From Ramazzottius varieornatus (taxonomy: Eukaryota > Animalia > Tardigrada), in NCBI GenBank assembly GCA_001949185.1, contig BDGG01000001.1, positions 4,639,624 through 4,703,623 on the forward strand: a DNA stretch of 64,000 nt, written 5' to 3'. A model generated the notes under the pieces. The model saw only the letters and a program-made list of their open reading frames with translations. It was not told where the DNA came from and searched no databases. The position numbers and the translations under genes are program-made. Positions 16,190-27,338 of the stretch are shown here, in pieces. Within the stretch, counting starts at the first letter, position 1; every line of letters starts with the position of its first letter.

Positions 16190-16830
16190 TCGACGAGTCG
16201 TATTCCATGTTCCGGATCCCGGAACCTGGATGGTGCTACCTCATGGTTTTGGATAATACGTAACCACCCTGAAGATTGAGGAAATCAGTGCAGGAAGTAA
16301 CTCCATATTTTTGTCTCAGGTGCGCACCGTATGGTTTCAGGATACGAGTTCGCACGGGACCGGAAGCGCCGTCGACAGCTTCACTCCTCCAAGCTGGCGC
16401 AACCAAACTGTGTGGCGCAACAACCGCTTCCCTATCCCTCATCCTCGTAAATACTCCAGCAGAACTTCTTGCTACCTTCGGGCCCAGCGTTCCCCCACGA
16501 CGACATCACAACAATTCGGCCATCGTTACCATCTCCGATGGACTCATGACCCATCAAAGACCTCAGCGTATACGTAGCAGCCGAACTTCACGATCTCTGT
16601 CCCAGACCTGCCGCCTTTGACACAAAGCGGACTTCTCATCGCGGAATTCTCCCGGAACGAACCAGAAAGACTCAGGCGTCGTAATGCACATGGGTGGAAA
16701 GCTATTTCCGTGCAAGAAAGGCCTGAAACGGTTTAGCCATTCTTGGTACACTGTACCGGTCCTACAGCCCACTGGCAAAGCGTGGCAGCGGGAGTGACAG
16801 CGACCTCTTGCTATGCGGAGCTGGGTTCAA
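16190..16830 (+). pseudogene. Decayed, unprocessed partial duplicate of zfh1 (homeobox 3' half, PLDLS region, last zinc finger)
   Basis: Colinear nucleotide similarity to 52334-52915 and 53792-53920, e.g. tgcaagaaaggcctgaaacggtttagccattct vs tgcaagaaatgcctgaaacgtttcagccattct, and gacttctcatcg..cccRgaacgaacca in both. Frameshifts and stops present. Confidence 0.85.
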
Positions 16831-17064
16831 CCGCTCTGGGATGAACCAGGAAAAGACCAACTTTTCCGTGACTGTCGTGTTACAAATTTTGCCTTTCAGC
16901 CGAAGGCAGATCGTCGACGTGACCCATCCACAATCTACTACGGACGGCTCCAGTGTATCTACCGCATGTCTATGTTAAGTTATTTAGCATTGTTTTGTTT
17001 ATTTCTTTTTATTCTTTGCAGGCTGGCATGGATCACAGGAACATTTGGTCCGACGTTGAATCTT

Positions 17065-19169
17065 TTATGGCATGTTTCGTAGGTCAAGCAAAATGACGCC
17101 ACGATCGCCATCGTTCAAGTACACCGGCTCATGCATATGGAAATCCACCAAGTCCTCCACAGACGCAAATGCCTGTAGACAGTTCGCGGTTAGTTAAATT
17201 ATGACTTAATCATACCTTGCTAGACAAAGTGTTAGAGTAGGGATTTGCTCTTACCTGTTCGCCTTTCTTTTCAAAGCCAAGTGCGAACCTGCCATCGTAC
17301 CGAAGACGGATGGTCAGATGGTGAACCTTCCGCAGGGATAACAGAGACATGGAGTACGGACTGGAGAACCTTTCCGCGCCTGTATGACTCTTCCGTACGA
17401 GAAATGCGCCTACATCACAAGCAAGAATAACCCAGCTGCAGAACTCTGACCTGCTTTTTCAGATCAAGGTACACGAAGGAAGTCACGTACCTTCGACGGC
17501 AAGCGACCGCAGGTACTGTGACGCGGCTGTCCGGCTAATATCTCCGTGGTACCATGGATAGCACGTGAACGGATCGCCTGTTGATGTTCGGCTCGATAAG
17601 GTCTGCAGACTTCGGTGAGAAAGACTGGGAGAAGTTGCAGGTTTCAAGGCTGAACTCGGGCCCGAAGATGCCGTACTAGATTTTCCGAGCAGCACATTGA
17701 GTTTTTCGGCGATCTCAGATGTGTCTAGTTTCTGTCGTACGTGTTGCAGGTTCGGCTGCTCCGAAAGCCTTCTGGTGGGATTCGCGGACCCAGCAGGTAC
17801 AGCAGCGGCAGCATTGCCCATGGAAACACTCCGTGCGAAATGGCGAAGCTGCACAGGTTTATCGAAAGGCTTCGGCGGTTCCCCGTCCTCGACTACGAAT
17901 GAAAGATAAAATATTCTGGATACTGAAATATTTTTCTGCGAAACCAAAACTATCAAGAAATTTCCGCCAGAGTGAACTTACAGTCTTGTGGTACTTCGTA
18001 GACATTTTCCCGGTCTGGTCGACGTGCGAAAGAAACGGATTCGGCTATGTGAGGCACTTGACTTTCGATGGTGATGGCACTTGCCGAGATGGATCGAGTG
18101 GCACCCAATGGCTTCTTCGAGAAGACTGGTGACCCGCGAACTTGAAAGTTCCCTATTGGTGGACCGCTTTCTTCCTCTTCAGAATCACTAAATTCCGATC
18201 CCCAGTCATTTTGCTCCTTGTCAGAAGATCGACTTTCATGCGTTTCCTGTTGGAGTGGCTGGAGGCCTGGTTGAGACAGTTGGGCTGAGGACTGGTTTGA
18301 GTAGTCGGTCGGCAAAGGTAAGGGAGTGCGCTTCTTCAGTCCGCTCGTTAACGTGCCGAATAGCCTAGAAAATAATCCATTAGTAAACAATGACGGTACA
18401 GTAATTTCCCATCTAGAAATGGTTCCCAAATCTTGCAAAAATGTCCGGCGGTGTTGCAGGTTTACCTCTTGATTCGGGCTTCCTTGGTCACGTTGCTCTG
18501 GGAGCTCCTATCTGTGAACGTTTTGCTGTTTCCCGATTTCGTCTTCATTCGATGCATTAGCTCCACTAACTGCCTGTAATTATCGGTGTTTATTTATGCC
18601 AAACACCCGCATTAATTTTCGAAAATAATAAAACGCAATGTATTGCAGTGAACGCATGATTTTTAAGCTTCGAGGGAAGCGGACTCTTAGGCATATGTAT
18701 CGTTTTTCAGCAGGTGAGAGGAGGTAACAATCGCGTTACCTACGTGCCATGGCCGCTATCTTTATTTTTTGCAGGTCGTAAACTTTACCTTCTGCGGACA
18801 AGCGGCAGTTCCGTCCATGTCATCACTTCATACTCTTTCAGACCCTGCAAAAAAAGACAGATTTTCGGACGCATCGATAAATCTAACTTCCGCGTCTGAG
18901 CAGGACGAAACCTTGTACGGTAGGTTTTGGCTCGCGAAAAGTTAACGAAACTCGGGTCAGGACGGAGAATGACTCTAACCTGAAAATCTTCGGCAGATAA
19001 GTTGTGGGCCTTCAAGATCGACGCGCAGTCTTCTAGACCGACCTGAAGAAAAAGGTGACAATTCTCGATGCCTTCTATAGGGTACTCTGGACAATGCACG
19101 TACCGTCTTCAGCCAGTCATGCTGGTCTGGCTCCGTCCAGACTCTGTCATCAATGGATAGTCTTGCCAT
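17065..19169 (-). CDS. SAM-like + SH2 adaptor (SLP-76/BLNK/CLNK-like), multi-exon
   Basis: N-terminal SAM-like WTEPDQHDWLKTVGLEDCASIL, acidic DWGSEFSDSEEE, ENVYEVP tyrosine motif, and C-terminal SH2 YPWYHGDISR..FLVRKS..YSMSLL..HHLTIR..FASVEDLVDFH. AATAAA follows the stop. Confidence 0.8.
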
Positions 19170-20417
19170 GTTGAAGTCGGCGCAGAAAATCCCGTGACGA
19201 CAGATATCTTCCAAGAGTAGAAATTGATGTATTCCGAGCTCGCCCACTAAGGTTAGTCTGCGGTTTGTGCATGAATAAATTACCGGAGAATTATCTTAAG
19301 TAAATTGGGCGTGGTGTGATCTGCATCGGCTGCTTTAGTAAGTCCAGCTCGATGACAAAGAATCCTCGCGGAATCATGAAACCAAAGAAGCAGTCAAAGA
19401 AGAGGTCGCGATATCGAAGTAAACTCAATAATAGATGGCACTGTAATAATGCCACACATCGTACCCGACGCTCTTTCGATATGACAAGACGTGACAAGCA
19501 GGTCATGCGTTCATTAGATCAAAAACCACTGTTGCTGAAAAGATAGATCAGAAGTTATGGTGCATGGTGGCCAGGTCGTCTAGCTTGCTTCTCACGGTGT
19601 TAGCTCGAACCATTACAGCTCGATCTCTGTTTAGGTAGAAAAAGAGAATGAGATTAAGGTATGAGCTGATGGGTAATGCGCGAGAGCCGCATACGTCGCT
19701 ATTGTATGGAGCTCTTTGGTTGAGCAACGTACAAACCGGATCCGTGGCACAAGTGTGAGAAACAGTAATAGCCCCATCTTCGGCCTTGAACCGACAGCTC
19801 GCTGCACCCGCTGTACGTGTGGACCAGCGCGGCTCTTCGTCGAAGCACTCTCTCAGATGTCATAATATGACCAGTGATAGTAATCGACCTGTCCGCTCGA
19901 CCATTACACCATCAATACTTAATCTCATCCTTCCATCCGTAACACCATAAGTATGCCTATAGTGTATACAGCATAGTCAGCAGCATCGTAAGCATCTGTC
20001 TCGCTGGACACGTACCAAACTTGTTAGACGGTAGAAAAACAACCACACTATTTGGGAGCTGGGTTGTCTCAAGTCGCGCAACCTTTCCGTTGTTGTTAAA
20101 CAGAAAGGTGCTCCACTCAAGATACCGATCTTGTGCATTTTGTTTGCCCAGCTCACATTCAGTAACAATTTTATTGCTTGAAATTCGGTCAGCGAGTTTT
20201 AGTGAAGGTTTTTACTAACTCGAGAAGCCCGATATTAAACTTCTGTGCAAATACATTGGAATTTATTTTTAGTGGTAGACCTAGAGGAATGTATAATAGC
20301 TGTATGTTTGTACATTCACAGGATTCTGTAGAGATCATCAAATTGCAGAGTGGGTAATCAAGCGTTCAAGGGGAACTCTTAGACAGGTCCTCAGTCGTGT
20401 TGCAACAAGTGATTAAC

Positions 20418-23400
20418 TTAACGTCGTTTTGGCAAGAGGACTTGCTGAGCAGTATTTCTGTTATCAGATAGAGTTATGATCACATCTTCGAAATTATCAT
20501 TAGTACTGTTATTGTTGGTACTTAAAGGCTTCGCGTTTAGCGTTGTGTGAGGTCTTGAAGAGTGTAGCCTGGAAGTATCGAGTGAGCTCGAAAGATCAGC
20601 CGATCTTCCGTCGCGTAACAACGCCTGGGTCTCGTGTGGTTCCCCGTTCTGCGAATTTGAAGGACCTAGTCCAAAAGTGGGTGTCGCGTTGGTCTTTGCT
20701 TGTGCTACATGTGGCGCATCCGGTATGGTGGGTGTTGGAGGAACCACTGACGAGCGTCGCCAGTGGTTGCTGGGAATGATGAGAGTAGGGCTGCCGGAAG
20801 TGGAGCGGAGATAGCCGAAGGGTTCTTCGCTGTCCACGATGAAGGGCGTGGCCGGTCGGATCATGTAGTCGGTGTTGGTCAGGTCCGCCACGGTCTGTAG
20901 TTGGCTGCTCGAGCTGGTTCTCTGTATGATGGTCGAGTCTTTACCAATTTTGTTTAACCGTTCAGCCGCGACGCTATACGGAAAAATGATTATTTGGTGA
21001 AGTACCGGGCATATGGAGCGTATGATGATAACTTGACCAAGTTCGAGATGTGTAAATTTAATACCTTTCGAGGGCTTGACGCATGAGAGGGTACTCATTG
21101 AGGACGCTGTTGAAGTGATCGGACTGGAGAGAAAATAATGAGCAACATGACTGGGCACGGACAGAAGCCACGCGCTTCGTTCTGGTCAACAGGCAAATCT
21201 CTACAAATGGGAAATTCATATAAACTATCCAAACTTCATTATCGTACGGATCCAAACGGAAATCTAGTAAGAAACACATAAAGATATGTTGGAGCTTGGC
21301 AAGCAGACTCGACAAGATTACTTTTCCAAGTGGCGTGCAGTCTGCGAGTTTTCGGTAACGTGTGCGCCACTTGAAAGAACGATCTGCTTAGGACCCATAG
21401 CGAAAATGCAGTGCTGAAAATGCATCCCTTCCGGTGGTTACCTGGTCTTATAACATCAGTCAATGGTAACAACTAACATCACGTAACCACCGGAAGGGAT
21501 GCATTTTTTCAGCCCTGTACTAAAATGATAGCGAAAATAATTGAAGGTCATTTTAGGAATAGCTGAAATATTTCCGGGTAGCTCTCTACCCAGCTTTGAC
21601 CGATTGATTTGGCTGTTGGTTGTGAACATTTACCGCCAAAATACGATCCATCGCTGAGGCACGTAATGATTTTCGACTGTCCGCCTGGCTCCTTGGCTTC
21701 CATATAAATTTCTACCAGGCCTTCTTGGATGAAGTACATCTTATTTCCTAGGGTTCCTTCGCGGACAATGATATCGTCTGGCAGGAAGAACTCGTACTTT
21801 AGTTTGGTGATGATGGCTGTAACGAAGTTTGGGTCGGCATGTGAGAAGAAAGGGACGCTGGAGACCAAGTCTCGACAGTTGTAATTGATGATTAACTGCC
21901 AAAAGAACCATTCATATCAGGGATACATCCTTGAACTCTGTGGAACTTAAAGTGGATTAAAGGACAATTATTTCACATTACTTCACGAATGGGATCGTTG
22001 AGCTCTCCTAAAATTGCTTCTTCATCAAATATCTTTCCTTGAAAACGATGTTCGTAAAAGTCGCCGATCTTGACACGTAGAGGACGCGGAAGCTTCCGGT
22101 ACGCCATGTATTCTTCCACTTGTTTCCACTTTTCACGATATTGTCGACGGGAGGCATCCAGTGAATGGATAAGGTTGGATGCATGGCCGATGAACAATGC
22201 ATATGTGAACCTTTAGACAAAAAACAGCCATAGTCAAAATACAGAAATGAGCTTCTTGCGTGCGATGTGTCAACTCACGCGCCAGTCAGCATGGAGAGAA
22301 CGGTCAACCAGGAATCGCTATAAATGAAACAACTTTATGACATCCGCTACACAAATCATATTTCCGGGAGGAAACCATAAAGAAGTCTAACCTTATGCTC
22401 TGGGGAGGATATCGTCCATAACCTATGGAAAGCTGATGACTAATGGCCTTGAAAAAGCTGTAAACATAAACAGAGTTAACTTGACCCCGAAGTTGTCCTT
22501 TATTACAGTACTTGGGGAACCAGCCTACCTCCACGTGTACTGTTCGAACCACGCGGCGTGCTCTAGTTCGTTGATGACGACCCACGAGTCCCGAGGAAAA
22601 CCTTGAAGCATAGGCACGAGGAACTGTATACAGCCGGACCAGTGGGCCATCAGCATCATCAAGCACATAAAGTTGAAAATGCGCATGAAGACACCGGCTA
22701 TGTTGAGGAACTGTAACAGAAGAATGAAGGTCAGGGTCATACGTAGTCTCGGGGTATTTGGGACGTTGACAATCGAACTGAACACGATCACTATTATCTC
22801 AAGTGGCGCAAATTTCAATTGTTTCTAGCTAAAAGTGTGCCCAACTTGGGATGAAGGTCATGTATACGTCATTTGCTGACGTCCTGTCTTTGAGGTTTTT
22901 TCGGCTTCCGTGTTTTGACTGTTCTGATGATGTAAAATGGATGTTTTCAAGAGTGGCTTCTTTGTGATTTAATCGGAAGGAAAAATCGTATTGAATGTGC
23001 AGACGGAATTTATGGGCCGTAAAGCTCTTTGTTCGGCTAGCTGCCATCAAGGAAGTCAGTCCGGGATGGTCGATACAAGCCTGGTTTTTTATGGCATGGC
23101 TAATAAATTTTGATCAACATCGCAAAAGAAAATACTAGAGCATCTGTGGCTAATCAGGAAGTGCGTAGTCAGCATTGTTTCAGGGATGCACTTTACGATC
23201 TCAGCGCACTTACATATATCTCTTGGAATTGGCTGACATAACGGACCAGTCTGTAAAGGAAGCAACAGATTGAATGACCATTAGACTTGGCTTTCCGCTT
23301 TGGATAAACTTGCCGGGATAGGCGTAGAAGCTTGATCAAACTCAGCAACTTCGCCATCCGTAAAATTCGAAGAGCTCGTCCTGAAGAAGGAAAAAATGAC

Positions 23401-25369
23401 GTGGACGATATCGATCAAGGCGACTTAACTGGGACGCTGACAGAGGCTTTGAACCAGATCGTTTTCCCAAGTGGCGCACAACACCAACCAATATTATGAA
23501 GACGTGTGCCACTTGAGGTGGCGATCTGTTTCAGTTCATTTGCCCACGTCCCAACTGGAGTTAAGAAGAAGAATGACTTGCCGGCATGGACAATTTGGCT
23601 CTTGGCAAAATCGTCATCCCATATACTGATAACTAGGACAAAGTAGTCAAAGGGTATCGATGATATCAGATCGACAAAGAACCACGTCCGAACGTATCGT
23701 CGAGCAATTTCCCGAGGATCAAGGACGACGTCAGCCGAATTCTCCGGATTAATGATTCCTATAACACACAGTATTATTGATGGAAGAGGAAGAAATGCGC
23801 CTTAGGTCAGAATAAATATTGGCCGTACGCCTTTTTTGACATTAGAAAAAAACTGGGCGTTGTCTCGTTTATGTGACCGAAAATCATTGTAAATTTACAT
23901 ACGCTGGAAAATTGCCCATCTATTCTCCATAACGGGAATTATGTTTGCCAAATTGAAAAGCGCCATTAGGAGAAATCATTTTCCATCGCATCGATTAGTG
24001 CAAAAATTAAACAAAGAAAACAAATAAGTTTCCCTAAGTAAATTCACCTGTTCGGAAATTGCAAACCAGGTCGATAAAAAATATCTGTGAAAAGACCAAC
24101 GTGGGTAAATACAGACGGGCACATCGGCGGTGCTTACGCAGCCTAGGGAACCCACCGTGTGGGAGGAAAATGGAACCATAGAGGTAAACGTACCGTGTCG
24201 CTGAAACAGTTGAACACGATCCAGGGAATGCTAAAGTCGTCATTGAAGAAGGAGATGGATACGGGCAGGATCATCAAATTGGCCAGGAGGACAATCAGCA
24301 TAAACAAGTCGAAGTAGAATCTATAAGCACAAAAATGCGTACGTGCATCTTCCTGATGCCAGTCGATAAAATTCTTTGCTACCGTGCAGCACGCTAATGA
24401 GATCAATATGGTGAAACTTCACTCTCTGGAGAATTCCCACTCGCATATCAAAAATTGAATTCCAGATCATTAACGAGGAAGTTATGGGTTTGCAATTGTT
24501 CAGAGATAACCTGGAAGACAGCAGTAACTAGAACGTCGGCATGCTTTCTATCTCAAGTCGCGCACCTTTACATTGCGACTGGATGGAAGCGTGCGCCACT
24601 TGGGGAAAACAATCAAGCCATTCGGCGATATTCTATTAAATTATATTTTGTTTTTACTGTGAACTGGAATGATTGTCTGTGCTGGAAATAGGGTTAGGCG
24701 TTGGAGAGTGCTCCTATAATTATTCATAAAATGCTACTTGAAGTGAAAGCTAACGATCTAGGCGGGAAGGGGATGAGAGGACCCGGCCAAGTAACCGCAC
24801 TTTAGCGACGCCGCCTGCTAACAAGCTCGTGGGACTAAAACAGGGCAAGAGGGGCGTGTATAAATTGTATACGGTTGGTCGCTTCCCGTTGTGTTACCGT
24901 CTGGATAAATTTAGGTAGCTCTTGGCTTTCTGTTCCGGGGAGGGAGGCTAAAACAGACACAGCGAACCCTCGTGCGCCTCTCCTCACATATTGGCCAGAC
25001 TAATCTACTCTGCTTCAACACTTCCATTCCTAATCCGTTGTTGGTACAACTGTACCTGAAATTAGAAGCCGGATGAATGATCCAATGTTTGCTGCTGGCG
25101 ATGCGCTCCCTCTCTTTGGTTACCGCCGCCACCGAGCCTGTACGCAAAAGGTGGATCGAATGGATTGACGCACATCCCGTCGTTGAGCTTTTAAAATCTA
25201 TTGACATTTATAATTACTTACCGAACAACTTGATGGCCAGTTTGTTGTCGGCGGACGGCTGGAACATGGCAAAGAAGTGCTGACGATAGGTCATGTCCAC
25301 ACTGTTGGTCAGCACATCCGACGGTTTCCGGGGAGGGACAGGTAGCGTCATCGATCCGCGCATAGACAT
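20418..25369 (-). CDS. HCN: HCN (Ih) hyperpolarization-activated cyclic nucleotide-gated channel, multi-exon
   Basis: [20 protein letters not shown]4 [26 protein letters not shown], pore SIGYG, C-linker [37 protein letters not shown]. Start codon uncertain; a possible upstream exon lies near 26106-26350. Confidence 0.95.
21315..21385. repeat. Family A palindrome, HCN intron
   Basis: agattacttttccaagtggcgtgc-N23-gtgcgccacttgaaagaacgatct. Confidence 0.8.
21409..21517. mobile_element. MITE-like foldback element (family C) in an HCN intron
   Basis: cagtgctgaaaatgcatcccttccggtggttac ... gtaaccaccggaagggatgcattttttcagccctg, near-perfect ~33-bp inverted arms, followed by TA. Confidence 0.75.
22785..22859. 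repeat. Family A palindrome, HCN intron
   Basis: tctcaagtggcgcaa-N23-gtgtgcccaacttggga. Confidence 0.65.
23455..23528. repeat. Family A palindrome, HCN GC-AG intron
   Basis: cagatcgttttcccaagtggcgcac-N24-gtgtgccacttgaggtggcgatctg. Confidence 0.85.
24543..24614. repeat. Family A palindrome, HCN intron
   Basis: tctcaagtcgcgcac-N25-gtgcgccacttggggaaaacaatc. Confidence 0.8.
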
Positions 25370-27338
25370 GATAGGGCTGATGAGGATCCAGAAGGCCCAA
25401 ACAAAACGGTTAAGCGATACAAATCTCGACGGTCATAAATGACCCGGTATTTATACAGAAATCACGGCGATGCTCATTGATATCGTTTTTCGGGTTTCTC
25501 TCTCATGGAATAACAGCATTCTTTTACGAATGTTGCTGTTTCGTCCCTCACAAAGTCGATAAGAAGAAAAAACATGGGAGCAAGCCTGAATGATTCTTAA
25601 AAGCCGATAGCCCAGGATGTCGATTGGTACAGTCGGCAAGTTAAGTGGAAGCAATTTGTCTACAGTAAGGATTTTCTGTTAAGCTCGGCTTTAAGGAAGA
25701 GAAGTCTGTCGGCGGCGGGGAGAAAAGTCCAACTTGCTTAGCTGCGCGCCAGACAAGCGAAGGAACAGGGATTGCCAAGCCGGAGCGAGGAGTGAATTGG
25801 TGATACACAAAAAAGCGTAATTCAGCTGAACAAATGAGAGAAGAAGGGCCAAAGAGACGAATGTGACATTTTAAAAGGATTAGATTGGTGACGGAGAGAG
25901 TGTGCGGTGGAATAATGAAGCGATAGCTGGCCCGCGATGTGCCACTTGAAGTGGCGGAACACTACAGTTTGGGCCGAAGGATGCTCGGGTGCCCCACACC
26001 GGAAGAAGAGACAGCCAGCAGGAGAACAGGGAAAAGGCTGGTGTGAAATATTACAGTATGTGTCTATACATTCAAGCTAGGGGTAAATCTATTTGTCGGA
26101 CTAACCGTAGGGCTGGGACACGGAAGAAGGAAAGAAAGAAGGGACGGTCGGGATAGATCGAGGCTGGATGTTGGCTGGGCAATTAGCTGCACTTGTGGCT
26201 ACTGCTGCACGGTGTGTGTTCAGGCTGGAGCTCGGCCTCGACGTCGGCGTGGTTGGACGGGGAACCCTTGTTGGCCTGCCATTGTGGGCCACAAGGAAGA
26301 GCCTCGAGGAACTTATCGACGTATTGGTAGAGCGATTATGTGTTAGCTGGATCACGATATGTACTGTACGGGTCTACTGTGTGCGAGCCTGAGGTCTATA
26401 TTGGGGCTTCATTCTTCCCCATCAGTGAACATGTCATCAAGCTTCACCGTGAAATCTAAGACGAGCGAGCATGAGCCTGTAGCCAAGCCGCGGTGATCCT
26501 TTCTGTCATTTCCGTGCAGCCCACAAATGGAACCCGGGTATTTTGTTAGTGTCAGTCCGCCTTGTAGCCAAGTGCTTGAGGTAGAAATCCGATCCTGGCA
26601 GTTCATCGATTTAGACATCCCTTTTACGTCTTTCCACGTCTTCTCGGTTTTCAAATTCTGAGGCGGTAGGGAAAAGTACAGGACGTGGCTTTTCCGAAGG
26701 ATGCGAGGTCGTAAAGTCGCATGGCCACGATGGGTAAATCCCATCCACTTTAAAACACGTCGAACATACTTTGGACAATATGTATCAAAAACCAAACGCT
26801 ACCGCTGAGGAACTTTTAGTATCATTTTTGTGATGTCAAAATTTCGATGAATATTTTGTACCGATTGGTTTCTGTGATATGGTTTGCTCGCTGCTTCATC
26901 GATGGACGAACGTGCGGTTAGATGGTTAAGGGGATATTTGAACTACGTAAGTCTCTGCTGAATTTTCCGCTCGATTTACATAGACATTCATTTGCAGCAC
27001 TATCAAGTCGTGATATATTGCGCAAAAAATGCCTGGTTGACATCTCAATTGTGAGGAACGCTTCTTCGCCCAATGGGGGTCCGCAGAGGGACTCTTCCTA
27101 GCTCAAATACAAATGTTGCCCCAAGGTCGCTCAGAGAACAATTAATCCAGACGTAAAGCAAACTTTTTCTTTATCTAACTGGTCCTCGACTGCTCACCGG
27201 AAATTCATTTATCTTTCCAAGGCAAAAAAGTTTACCGGGAGAGAAGAGATTTTGGTAGTGTTGATTTGGAGACTACCCTAAATGCACAATTTCGATCAAA
27301 ACAACGTTAGCGTCGTCCAAAGTCAAACAAATTTAAAT

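Noticed and set aside
16975-17021. Strong-looking plus-strand splice acceptor suggesting an antisense gene
   Set aside because: Better explained as the A-rich 3' UTR with AATAAA of the minus-strand SH2 gene.
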